A DNA stretch of 44,115 bases from Oscillospiraceae bacterium (GTDB taxonomy: Bacteria; Bacillota; Clostridia; Oscillospirales; Acutalibacteraceae): positions 1 through 44,115 of the forward strand of contig DASRNG010000051.1 of assembly GCA_035647555.1 (NCBI GenBank), given 5' to 3'. A program made the position numbers and the translations under genes. Position 1 is the stretch's first letter; each line of letters begins with the position of its first letter. The notes beneath the pieces are model-generated. The model saw nothing but the letters and a program-made list of their open reading frames with translations. It did no database searches and was not told the origin of the DNA. Below are positions 16,974-25,491 of the stretch, one piece after another.

Positions 16974-18053
16974 CTATTCAAAGTCAAGTATTTTCTTGGT
17001 TGCTTTTTGGCGCATACTTTCTAAGATATCAAAATCCATAGCTTTTACATAATATTCTTCCATTTTATTGTGAACATCTCTTGCCTGTTTTAGTTTTGAA
17101 GATGCTTCAAGAATTAGCTCTGATTTAGCCTTTTTATTGAAATCTAAAAACTCCTTTTTAAAGCTTATAGCCTCTTTGTCTAAAAAACGAGTAGCATGAA
17201 TTTGTTTTCCAAATTCCTTAGGGGCGCTGTGATATGAGTTAGAGGAAAAGACCGAAAGCGAAATTTCCGGAATGAATATATGCTCAATTTTTTCTCTTGG
17301 GAAAAGCGGGCAGTAACAAGCAATAACATCATAGCCGTTTTTCAGTGCATATGCACATAAATTCACCGTTATTAAAGGTGATACGGCAGAAAACTCATCA
17401 CGAATCACAATAATATTTTTAGCAAGCTGTGGTACGGTGTCTATAAAGACAACAACATTTTCGGGCGTTACGGCACTTAAAAACCGTTTATGCAGTTTTC
17501 CTGACCCGTTTTTTGAAACTCCTATTTCACGGGTACAAAGCCTTGTTACATACCTTTCAAGCTTTTCCTTGTCTATAGCACGGGACACTATTCGTAAGTT
17601 TTCCCTTTCAAAGCGGGACGCCACGAAAAGAAAGTCTGAAGACTTTTTATGAAGCTGTGAATATTCAAGTTTTAATGCCGTAAGAGCGGCTCTATTTTTT
17701 CGCAGCATTTTGCTATCCCAGCAGTCGCCAAGGTTTACAATTTCATCACAAATACCAGGAAGCACAGGGTCCATTGTATGTGGTGCTGTGCCATCAAATA
17801 TGCCGGCGTTAAGCTCTGGAAATAAAACGGCATCAAGAGAAGAGGGGTCTGACGAGCAAAAAATTTTATGTACTGTAAAGCCTTCCTTTTCTATTTCATC
17901 GGCGCTCTTTTTCATAAAAGTAGATTTGCCTGAACCAGGGCCGCCTTTTAGTATAAAATATTTACCTCCATTTTCGGGGTTATAGCTATCATGAAAATAT
18001 GAAACATATCCGTTAGCGTTTCCTGTTCCTAAAAAAAATTTAATATCACCCAT
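16974..18053 (-). CDS. Uncharacterised P-loop ATPase conserved in Firmicutes
   Basis: 359 aa. Walker A KGGPGSGKST at aa 36-45. No other recognisable domain. Confidence 0.55.
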   Translation of the reverse strand: MGDIKFFLGTGNANGYVSYFHDSYNPENGGKYFILKGGPGSGKSTFMKKSADEIEKEGFTVHKIFCSSDPSSLDAVLFPELNAGIFDGTAPHTMDPVLPGICDEIVNLGDCWDSKMLRKNRAALTALKLEYSQLHKKSSDFLFVASRFERENLRIVSRAIDKEKLERYVTRLCTREIGVSKNGSGKLHKRFLSAVTPENVVVFIDTVPQLAKNIIVIRDEFSAVSPLITVNLCAYALKNGYDVIACYCPLFPREKIEHIFIPEISLSVFSSNSYHSAPKEFGKQIHATRFLDKEAISFKKEFLDFNKKAKSELILEASSKLKQARDVHNKMEEYYVKAMDFDILESMRQKATKKILDFE

Positions 18054-18147
18054 AATATCACCTCAATACTTATTGCCCTACTATAATATGTGGAAAAAGC
18101 AGCGGTGACACAAATTCATAAAATAGCTATGATACAAACCTTGGCTA

Positions 18148-18176
18148 ATTGCAAAAATAGTTTGGTTGTACTATAA
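18148..18176 (+). promoter_or_regulatory. Near-consensus SigA promoter for the PHP-domain gene
   Basis: TTGCAA (18148-18153), 17-nt spacer, TATAAT (18171-18176). Confidence 0.6.
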
Positions 18177-18208
18177 TAATTAAGTATAATTATAAAAGGA
18201 GAAATTTG

Positions 18209-18952
18209 ATGTATTTAAGAGAACCGTGTTTTGATATAGATGAGCTTGTCAAAGAGAATCTTCACGTTCATACACCTTTTTCAGGGTGTGCAAAGCCAGA
18301 AATGCGAGTAAAGGATATTGTAAAAAGGGCAGAGGAGCTAAAGCTTGAAAGAGTTGCACTTGTTGACCATTTTAACCGCAGTCATACTCCTATGGTTGAA
18401 AAGAATATGGCAGACAAGTTTGTGGTAGAAATGTCGGGAACACAAATTCCATTTCTTTATGGGGCAGAGCTTTCTGCCTATGGTGTAGGCAAATGGCTTG
18501 ACAGTGATGAAACAAATGCGGCGCTTGATTATAGGCTATATGCTGCAAACCACTATCATCTTGACTTTTGGGAGCAGCCAGAGGAAAAGACGGCGCGCGG
18601 TTATGCAAAGCATACGGTAAAGGTTTTAGAGTCCCTTATAAAGTCAGAGCGGGCAGACTGTATTGCCCACCCTATTCATGGCGGATATGTAAGAGCACTT
18701 GAAGATAAAAACTCCCTTGCAGCTGCCATGACTGATGAGGAGCTTTACTACTTAATGGAGCTTGCTAAACGTCACAATACCGCATGGGAGATTAATATAG
18801 GGGAAGCGCTTGCAGACCCAGAGCTTACAAAAAGATTGTGGCGATTTGGCAAAGAGATAGGCTCAGTATTTCACTTTGGTACAGATGCACACAGAATTGA
18901 GAATATGGACACAAGAGCACATATAAACGAGCTTAGACAGCTTTTGCCATAA
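18209..18952 (+). CDS. PHP-domain (histidinol-phosphatase-like) metal-dependent phosphoesterase
   Basis: NLHVHTPFSGCA N-terminal His motif, then further His/Asp motifs (VDHFN, AHPIHGG, HFGTDAH). I chose the start at ATG 18209, with AGGAG 7 nt upstream. Confidence 0.65.
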   Translation: MYLREPCFDIDELVKENLHVHTPFSGCAKPEMRVKDIVKRAEELKLERVALVDHFNRSHTPMVEKNMADKFVVEMSGTQIPFLYGAELSAYGVGKWLDSDETNAALDYRLYAANHYHLDFWEQPEEKTARGYAKHTVKVLESLIKSERADCIAHPIHGGYVRALEDKNSLAAAMTDEELYYLMELAKRHNTAWEINIGEALADPELTKRLWRFGKEIGSVFHFGTDAHRIENMDTRAHINELRQLLP

Positions 18953-18976
18953 TTTATAGTAATATTAAAGACAAAA

Positions 18977-19010
18977 AACGGTTAGCCCAAAAGCTAACCG
19001 TTTCTATTTT
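18977..19010. terminator. Bidirectional rho-independent terminator between the PHP gene (+) and the diguanylate cyclase (-)
   Basis: 10-bp stem AACGGTTAGC (18977-18986) / GCTAACCGTT (18993-19002). An A-run precedes it and a T-run follows. Confidence 0.7.
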
Positions 19011-19016
19011 TAATAT

Positions 19017-20657
19017 TTAGGATGTATAATTATTTTCTAAATAAGGGTAAAATTTTATATCCTCAACCATCATATGACCGTATACAACATCATCAACCAT
19101 AAATGTGAAAAGGTCCGCAACTTTTATTGTGTCCTCATCAAATGATTTTTTAAGGCTAAGAGCCTTTTCAACAAGTTCATCATGAATTTTTGTATGCTCT
19201 TTCCAGTCAGGAAATCCTGCTTCACGCTGAGCGGTTTCTTCATACTCAAAATGCTCTACAATATGTTTTAGCAGCTTGTCAAACTTTTCTGAAATATCTT
19301 CTTTACTCTCTTTCGTTATAGCGGCATTTATTAGGCTGTTTGCAAGCTCAAAAAGCAGCATATGCTGCTTGTCAATCTCTTTTTCGCCGCATGCCATACT
19401 CGGCCGCCAGTTAAGGCTTATGTATGCCACGGGTTTTTCATCTATTATTTCAAACACAGCAACACGGTTTCTGCCACGCTCTTTAGCAAGATATAGTGCA
19501 TTATCAGCACGTTTATATAAATCGTTTACGGGCTCATTTTCATAACGCTCTGCAACGCCAAAGCTTGCAGTTACGAATGATGCCTCAGGGTGAGGCGTTG
19601 CCTCAATATTTTTGCGTATTTTTTCTGCAACGGAAAAAGCACCGTATAAACCAGTGTCAGGCAGGAGTATTAAAAACTCTTCACCGCCAAGACGTGCAGG
19701 TATATCAGAGCTGCGTATAGTTTCACTTATAACTCTTGCAACTTTTATTAAAACGCTGTCACCAGCAGGGTGACCATAAGTGTCGTTAATATGCTTAAAA
19801 AAGTCAAGGTCAATGATGACTATAGACATTTTAAGGTTGTAACGGGTAGAACGTGCCATTTCCTTTTCAATAACACCGTCAAGAAACCGCCTGTTTTTAA
19901 GGCCTGTAAGAGGGTCAGTTAACGATATATTGTTTATTATCTCCTCATTCTTTTTACGCAAATCTATATCACGGCAGGAGAAAGTGGCAAAATTGCCATC
20001 AGAATAATCACTATCTGCTCTATTTAGTAAAACCTCAATCCAAATATAGTTTTTGCTTTTGTCAAGACAGCGAAATTCAAGTGAAACAGAAATGCCATCA
20101 ACTAAAAACTGCCTAAAAAGTTTGCTTGTAGCTTTTTGCTCGTCAGGGTGAACAATATTATAAAGCGTAAGTGCCATAGCCTCATTGGGTGTGTAGCCTA
20201 AAATAGACTCAACAGAGGGACTAATAAACTTAATCTGCCCGCTTTTGTCTATCCTGCCTATTATGTCTTGAACAGAGTTATTTAAAAGCATTGCCTTTTC
20301 ACGCTCTGTTTTCATTTGACTATCAAGCAAATCCATTCTAAGGGCAATGTTTCCTATCATATCTGCCGCAATCATTAAAACAGCAGTGCGAAGAAACGGA
20401 GCAAACTCTAAAGAGCCGCCCATAACTATACTAAGAACAATATGTGTGCTACCTAAAAATGCGGCAACAGCATATGCTCTTCTGTGAAACCAAAGCCCTG
20501 AGAGAATAACAGGTATAAAAAAGAGCTGCGTATACGCTGTGCCAATACTCATATAAACATTAAAAACAATAGCTATAAAAAAGCATATTGCTACAAGCAG
20601 GGAAATGGTAATAAGTTTGCCTCGTTTGCTAATATCCTCGAAAAGGTATTTCCTCAT
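19017..20657 (-). CDS. Membrane-anchored PAS-GGDEF diguanylate cyclase with a C-terminal bacteriohemerythrin domain
   Basis: N-terminal roughly 110 aa hydrophobic (4-5 TM). PAS-like region (IIGRIDKSGQIKFISPSVESILGY). GGDEF domain with an intact RLGGEEF. The C-terminus carries the hemerythrin ligand pattern IDKQH, HIVEHFEYEE, HTKIHDEL, GHMMVED. Confidence 0.8.
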   Translation of the reverse strand: MRKYLFEDISKRGKLITISLLVAICFFIAIVFNVYMSIGTAYTQLFFIPVILSGLWFHRRAYAVAAFLGSTHIVLSIVMGGSLEFAPFLRTAVLMIAADMIGNIALRMDLLDSQMKTEREKAMLLNNSVQDIIGRIDKSGQIKFISPSVESILGYTPNEAMALTLYNIVHPDEQKATSKLFRQFLVDGISVSLEFRCLDKSKNYIWIEVLLNRADSDYSDGNFATFSCRDIDLRKKNEEIINNISLTDPLTGLKNRRFLDGVIEKEMARSTRYNLKMSIVIIDLDFFKHINDTYGHPAGDSVLIKVARVISETIRSSDIPARLGGEEFLILLPDTGLYGAFSVAEKIRKNIEATPHPEASFVTASFGVAERYENEPVNDLYKRADNALYLAKERGRNRVAVFEIIDEKPVAYISLNWRPSMACGEKEIDKQHMLLFELANSLINAAITKESKEDISEKFDKLLKHIVEHFEYEETAQREAGFPDWKEHTKIHDELVEKALSLKKSFDEDTIKVADLFTFMVDDVVYGHMMVEDIKFYPYLENNYTS

Positions 20658-20678
20658 AAAATGACCGCCTAATACAAA

Positions 20679-21350
20679 CTATCTAACACCGAAAACTTTA
20701 TCAACAGGCTGGGTATAGACGATGCCCCCATCAGGTTCATCCATTTTCAGTGCATCTTTAATGGCATTTACAATGTTTTCTGTGGTATCTGTTTTTGCTA
20801 AAATAAGAACGATTTCTTTTTCCGGCTCAATTTCCATGGAAAAAAGTTTAGTTGTTTCATGAACTCCAGAGCCACGTGCTTTTACAACAGTGCCGCCCCT
20901 TGAGCCTGCCTTTTCAGCGGACGCTACAACATCTTCCGCCTTGCCTTTTTCTACAATAGCTGTAATGAGTTGATACATAATGCTGTCACTGCTCCCTTTT
21001 TCATCTGTATTGCTGTGGATTATATTTTTTGAGCCTTTAATACTGTTGATGTAGATTGAAAATGCGATGCCATGGTTGGGTTTCGAGAAATCAAGCTCCT
21101 TATTAAGGTCATCTAACACCTTTAGCACAGTTTGCCTTGTAGAGGCTAAAAAAACGATTTCTTTTTTTGTATCAGATAGACCTAAATACGCTAAAATTCC
21201 AGTATGTGCAGTTCCTCTGCCGTAAACGATTGTTCCGCTGGAAATACCATGTTTTTCAGCTATTCTTAAAACTTTGCTACCAGAGCCACGATTAATAATA
21301 ACATACAGCAACTTAAATTTATCATTATCCAATTCACTGTTCATTTGCAT
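20679..21350 (-). CDS. Tandem PII-like (GlnB-fold) signal-transduction protein with two PII-like repeats
   Basis: 223 aa made of two roughly 100-aa repeats: LLYVIINRGSGSKVL...GRGTAH and LITAIVEKGKAEDVV...ARGSGVH. Its start overlaps the end of the upstream DUF1538 gene by 17 nt. GGAAGGA RBS. Confidence 0.6.
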   Translation of the reverse strand: MQMNSELDNDKFKLLYVIINRGSGSKVLRIAEKHGISSGTIVYGRGTAHTGILAYLGLSDTKKEIVFLASTRQTVLKVLDDLNKELDFSKPNHGIAFSIYINSIKGSKNIIHSNTDEKGSSDSIMYQLITAIVEKGKAEDVVASAEKAGSRGGTVVKARGSGVHETTKLFSMEIEPEKEIVLILAKTDTTENIVNAIKDALKMDEPDGGIVYTQPVDKVFGVR

Positions 21351-22830
21351 CTTTAATTCCTTCCTTTTTAGATTTTAACTTAAAGACTAAACCTAATATT
21401 TGCAAAGCTAAAAGTGGAGTCATGGCTATCATTGCTATAATGCCGAACCCGTCTACCAAAACATCGGCAGTTGGAACAGCCTTTGCTACACCTTGTGCAA
21501 ATGCTAAAATAAATGTTGCAGCCATAGGCCCTGAAGCCACGCCGCCAGAGTCAAACGCTATGCCAACGAAAAGGTTTGGCGTTAAATAGGAAAGTATAAT
21601 GGAGATAATATAGCCAGGTAAAAGATAGTGCCATAAATGTACACTCGGAACGAGTATTTTAATTATCGCCAGGGCAACGGCAAGGGCTACACCTAAAGAT
21701 AAAGATACCATAACAATACCCCTTTTTACATAGCCGCTTGTAACCTCTTCAGTTTGCTGTGTTAAAACTAAAACAGCAGGCTCTGCAAGAATTGTAACCA
21801 TTCCTATAACTGCAGCTGCCAGTATAACATAAATGCTACTATCCATTGAAGCGAGTGTGTACCCCACAATGCTGCCAACTTCCATAAATCCAGCATTAAC
21901 ACCAAGCAGGAATAGAATAAGCCCTGAGAACATTAACGCCAAACCGAATAAAGTTTTTATGAAAGTGGATTTAGGCATTTTGAAAGAAAACTTTTGGAAA
22001 AGAAGAAATATAATTAAAATAGGGGCAAGGGCAAGAGAAACTTCGTAAAGAATTGTAGTTAATGATTCAATAAAAGGTGCAAACAAAGAGTTAGAAACTG
22101 TATCAGAAAACTCAAGTGAGCCAGTCATTCTGTCAGACTTTGAGATTATATTCATAACCATAACAGCTATAATAGCGCCAGATGAGGCAAGGCCTACAAG
22201 CCCAAAACTATCATCCTCTGATGCCTTGCTACCCTTTTTTAAGTTTGAAATACCCATTGCAAGCGCAAGCATAAACGGAACAGCTAAAGCGCCCGTAGTA
22301 GCGCCTGAGGCATCAAACGAAATGGCAAGAAACTCAGGAGAGGTAAAGATTGCAAGCCCGAATATAACTGCATATATAACGGTAAACGTTATTCTTAGCG
22401 GAATGTTTTTAACTATTCTAATTAATCCAAGGGAAACTAAAGCCGCAACTCCTATAGATACTACTATTACAATTACAAATTTTGATACAAGACCTGATGT
22501 AACTGTGCTGACTTGACCTGCTAAAATATGAAGGTCAGGCTCTGCAACAGAAATGAAAAAGCCAAGAAATAGGCCGGCTAAGCCAACGAGCCAAATTTTA
22601 TTTGTTTTGGCAACAGTAGCCCCGATATTGTTTCCGATAGGAGTAATACCAAGGTCCACACCGAGCAAAAAGACTGTAAGCCCTATTACTATAAAACAAG
22701 CACCTATTAAAAACCGATATAAAACTTGTGTTTCAAGAGGTGTAAATGTAAAGTTTAATATAACTACAATAATTGTTATTGGAAGAACAGAAAATAAAAC
22801 TTCTTTAAATTTTGTTAAGACGACATTCAA
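21334..22830 (-). CDS. DUF1538-family polytopic membrane protein (putative transporter)
   Basis: 498 aa, almost entirely hydrophobic (at least 10 TM), with an internal duplication-like organisation. It is translationally coupled to the PII-like gene. Confidence 0.55.
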   Translation of the reverse strand: MNVVLTKFKEVLFSVLPITIIVVILNFTFTPLETQVLYRFLIGACFIVIGLTVFLLGVDLGITPIGNNIGATVAKTNKIWLVGLAGLFLGFFISVAEPDLHILAGQVSTVTSGLVSKFVIVIVVSIGVAALVSLGLIRIVKNIPLRITFTVIYAVIFGLAIFTSPEFLAISFDASGATTGALAVPFMLALAMGISNLKKGSKASEDDSFGLVGLASSGAIIAVMVMNIISKSDRMTGSLEFSDTVSNSLFAPFIESLTTILYEVSLALAPILIIFLLFQKFSFKMPKSTFIKTLFGLALMFSGLILFLLGVNAGFMEVGSIVGYTLASMDSSIYVILAAAVIGMVTILAEPAVLVLTQQTEEVTSGYVKRGIVMVSLSLGVALAVALAIIKILVPSVHLWHYLLPGYIISIILSYLTPNLFVGIAFDSGGVASGPMAATFILAFAQGVAKAVPTADVLVDGFGIIAMIAMTPLLALQILGLVFKLKSKKEGIKDANEQ

Positions 22831-22890
22831 CTAATCATCTTCCTTTCGCTCTGTATGCTTGATTTTGCTAATTTCAGTATATCCACTTAC

Positions 22891-22906
22891 CATATATTGA
22901 TATATG
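22891..22906. promoter_or_regulatory. Perfect 16-bp palindrome CATATAT-TG-ATATATG in the DUF1538/LysR divergent region; candidate LysR-type (T-N11-A compatible) box
   Basis: Read directly. It lies about 60 nt upstream of the DUF1538 start and about 130 nt upstream of the lysR start. Confidence 0.35.
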
Positions 22907-22980
22907 CAATAAGATATATTTTACACTAAAACAGGTGCCTCGTCAAATAAAAAGTTTTGCATAAAAGAATGATTTGGTTA

Positions 22981-23008
22981 TTGTGTTTTTAAGAGAAAAG
23001 TGTATAAT
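22981..23008 (+). promoter_or_regulatory. Candidate SigA promoter for the LysR gene
   Basis: TTGTGT (22981-22986), 16-nt spacer, TATAAT (23003-23008), with TG immediately upstream of the -10. Confidence 0.45.
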
Positions 23009-23037
23009 CATAGGAAAAAGCTATGGGGGGCAGTGCT

Positions 23038-23958
23038 ATGACACTACAACAGCTAAAATATATAATAAAAATAGCCGAATGCGGCTCTATCACAGAGGCG
23101 GCAAACAGGCTATTTATATCACAGCCAAGCCTTTCGGCGGCAGTTAAAGAGGTTGAAAAGGAGTTTGACATAGAAGTTTTTAGCCGCAAGCCAACGGGTG
23201 TGACTTTAACGCCTGACGGCAGTGAATTTCTTTCTTATGCGCGGCAAGTGATAGAGCAAGCAGAGCTAATGGCTAATCGTTATACGGGCAAAAAGCTGTC
23301 AAAGCGGCTATGTTCTATCTCTACACAGCATTACTCCTTTGCGGTAGACGCTTTTATTAACATGCTTTTAGAGCTTGATGTAGATGAATATGAATTTACA
23401 CTGCGTGAAACAAGAACACATGAGATAATAGAAGATGTAAAAAATATGCGAAGTGAAATAGGAGTTATATATTTAAGTGATTTTAACGAAAAAGTAATTA
23501 AGAAACTGCTAAAAGAAAACCAGTTAAATTTTAGCCTTCTTTTTAAGGCGAACGCCCATGTGTTTATAAGCTCGAAACACCCGTTGTCTAATAAAGATAT
23601 GGTAACACTTGAGGACTTAGCAGACTATCCTTTTCTTGCATTTGAGCAGGGAAGCTATAACTCTTTTTATTTTTCAGAGGAGATACTTAGCACAGTATCA
23701 CGTAAAAAAACAATTTATGTTAGCGACCGTGCAACACTTTTTAATTTGCTAATTGGGTTAAATGGCTATACTATATGCTCTGGGTTTTTAGGCGGGGATA
23801 TAAGCTCTGGAGATATTATATCTGTGCCGCTTTTAACAGATGAAAAAATGCGTGTAGGCTTTATATCAAACAAAAAGGTGAAGCTTAGCCTAGAGGCTGC
23901 TGAATATATCTTAAAGCTTAAAGAAGTTATTGCAAACTTTGGTTATGAAGTTAAATAG
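23038..23958 (+). CDS. LysR-family transcriptional regulator
   Basis: The N-terminal MTLQQLKYIIKIAECGSITEAANRLFISQPSLSAAVKEVE is a canonical LysR HTH. I chose the start at ATG 23038, with a G-rich RBS 8 nt upstream. Confidence 0.85.
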   Translation: MTLQQLKYIIKIAECGSITEAANRLFISQPSLSAAVKEVEKEFDIEVFSRKPTGVTLTPDGSEFLSYARQVIEQAELMANRYTGKKLSKRLCSISTQHYSFAVDAFINMLLELDVDEYEFTLRETRTHEIIEDVKNMRSEIGVIYLSDFNEKVIKKLLKENQLNFSLLFKANAHVFISSKHPLSNKDMVTLEDLADYPFLAFEQGSYNSFYFSEEILSTVSRKKTIYVSDRATLFNLLIGLNGYTICSGFLGGDISSGDIISVPLLTDEKMRVGFISNKKVKLSLEAAEYILKLKEVIANFGYEVK

Positions 23959-23964
23959 AAAAGA

Positions 23965-23993
23965 GCTTTGCCGTATTGGCAAAGCCCTTTTTT
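23965..23993. terminator. Rho-independent terminator after lysR, overlapping the metF stop
   Basis: Stem GCTTTGCC (23965-23972) / GGCAAAGC (23978-23985) followed by CCTTTTTT. Confidence 0.6.
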
Positions 23994-24852
23994 AAGTCAT
24001 CAGTGAGGCGGTTGCCTCATAAATTCGCCGAGCTATGTAAGGGTTGTTCATTGTATAAAGGTGGATTCCGTCAACGCCCTCTGACAATAAGTCAACTATT
24101 TGGTCAACAGCATATGCAATTCCAGCATCACGCATTGCCGTTTCGTTATGTTCATACTTATTCATTATAGAAAGAAACTTTTTAGGTAAATCAACTTTGC
24201 AAAGTGTAACCATACGCTCTATTTGTTTTTTATTTACAACGGGCATAATGCCCGCTTGTATTGGCACATTAATGCCTGCTATCGCTGCCCGCTCCCTAAA
24301 GGAGTAAAAATAATTATTATCAAAAAACAGCTGTGTAATTAAGTGATTCGCACCGCTATCAACCTTTGTTTTAAGGTTTATAGTGTCCTCAACTAAATTT
24401 TTAGATTCAAAATGCCCCTCTGGATAAGAGGCTGCCACAATGTTAAAGTCGCCATTTTCTTTGATAAATGAAATAAGGTCACTTGCGTACTTAAAGCAGT
24501 TTTTAGGAGGGTAATCGGGGTTAACATCTCCTCTTAAAGCAAGAATATTTTTAATATTTGCAGCTTTTAATTTCTGTAGCATTTCAAGCACGTCATCTTT
24601 GCTTAAATTTACGCACGGTAAATGTGCTACACTTAAAACACCGTAATCATTTTTTACGGCAGAGGCAATTTTAATTGTGTTTTCATTTGTTTCAGTGCCG
24701 CCTGCGCCGTATGTCACACTTATAAAGTCAGGCGAAAGAGCTTTCAGCTCATGTACGGCGGAATAAATAGTATCTACCGAAGAGGTTCTTTTTGGCGGAA
24801 ATATTTCAAAAGAAAAAACTTTTTTGTTTCCGAACAGCTCAGAGGTTTTCAT
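23992..24852 (-). CDS. metF: 5,10-Methylenetetrahydrofolate reductase
   Basis: VFSFEIFPPK, SVTYGAGG and NILALRGD motifs. I chose the start at ATG 24852 (MKTSELF), with GGGGAG 6 nt upstream. Confidence 0.85.
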   Translation of the reverse strand: MKTSELFGNKKVFSFEIFPPKRTSSVDTIYSAVHELKALSPDFISVTYGAGGTETNENTIKIASAVKNDYGVLSVAHLPCVNLSKDDVLEMLQKLKAANIKNILALRGDVNPDYPPKNCFKYASDLISFIKENGDFNIVAASYPEGHFESKNLVEDTINLKTKVDSGANHLITQLFFDNNYFYSFRERAAIAGINVPIQAGIMPVVNKKQIERMVTLCKVDLPKKFLSIMNKYEHNETAMRDAGIAYAVDQIVDLLSEGVDGIHLYTMNNPYIARRIYEATASLMT

Positions 24853-24970
24853 AATAAGCTCCCCTTTCATTATGTAGTGCCACTATAATATTACCATTAA
24901 AACATGGTATAGGCTAATACCTGTAATTTATGATGGCAGATAGGATAAAACTATGGTTATATAATAATTA

Positions 24971-25007
24971 AAAGATATTCCGATGCAAAGTATATCAGAA
25001 TATCTTT
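24971..25007 (-). terminator. Hairpin terminator after the GtrA-family gene
   Basis: 10-bp perfect stem AAAGATATTC (24971-24980) / GAATATCTTT (24998-25007) with a 17-nt loop. On the minus-strand transcript it is followed by TTTTAATT. Confidence 0.45.
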
Positions 25008-25035
25008 ATTTGATGCGTGTTTAATTTATACTAAT

Positions 25036-25479
25036 TTATTTTTTATCTGCCCCACTGCTCGTGTTTATAGAGTCTTTATAAACGACAAAACGGCAGAATA
25101 AAAATTCTGTAACAAGGTTGCTTACCATAGTAGCAGCAAGAACAATATATTCATTTACACCAAGGTTTTCTTTAACAAAGTTGCCAAGAATGGTAGAGAT
25201 GGGCGTAAACACTAAGTAAAAGCCAAAAACTTTTAGCATTGCTATGGGCACATTTGCGGCAGACTTGAATGTAAATTTGCGGTTTATTGTAAAGTTATAA
25301 AGGACAGATAAAGTGAGGGCAATAAGGTAAGACGGCCAGTACTGCCAGTTCATAGTTTCATTTAGTATAGCAAAGCTCGTAGCCTGAATAATGCCTGCTG
25401 TGGCAGAAAAAAGAGCAAACTTTATAGCTTGTAGAAAATTTTGCTTTGGAGTTAAAGTTAGTTTTTCATTCGTTTCCAT
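25036..25479 (-). CDS. GtrA-family membrane protein
   Basis: 147 aa with 4 TM segments. NFTINRKFTFKS is the GtrA-like signature. Confidence 0.7.
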   Translation of the reverse strand: METNEKLTLTPKQNFLQAIKFALFSATAGIIQATSFAILNETMNWQYWPSYLIALTLSVLYNFTINRKFTFKSAANVPIAMLKVFGFYLVFTPISTILGNFVKENLGVNEYIVLAATMVSNLVTEFLFCRFVVYKDSINTSSGADKK

Positions 25480-25491
25480 AAATACTCCTTA

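Noticed and set aside
18086-18179. Repeated TACTATAAT (about 18091 and 18169) as a repeat element
   Set aside because: It is only 9 nt and matches the generic -10 consensus. The second copy is the -10 of the PHP promoter, and the first is probably chance or a minor promoter.
24853-25035. SAM (S-box) riboswitch or T-box leader upstream of metF
   Set aside because: The leader is short and AT-rich, and most of it is taken up by the terminator hairpin of the upstream GtrA-family gene. I saw none of the conserved GC-rich S-box or T-box core segments.
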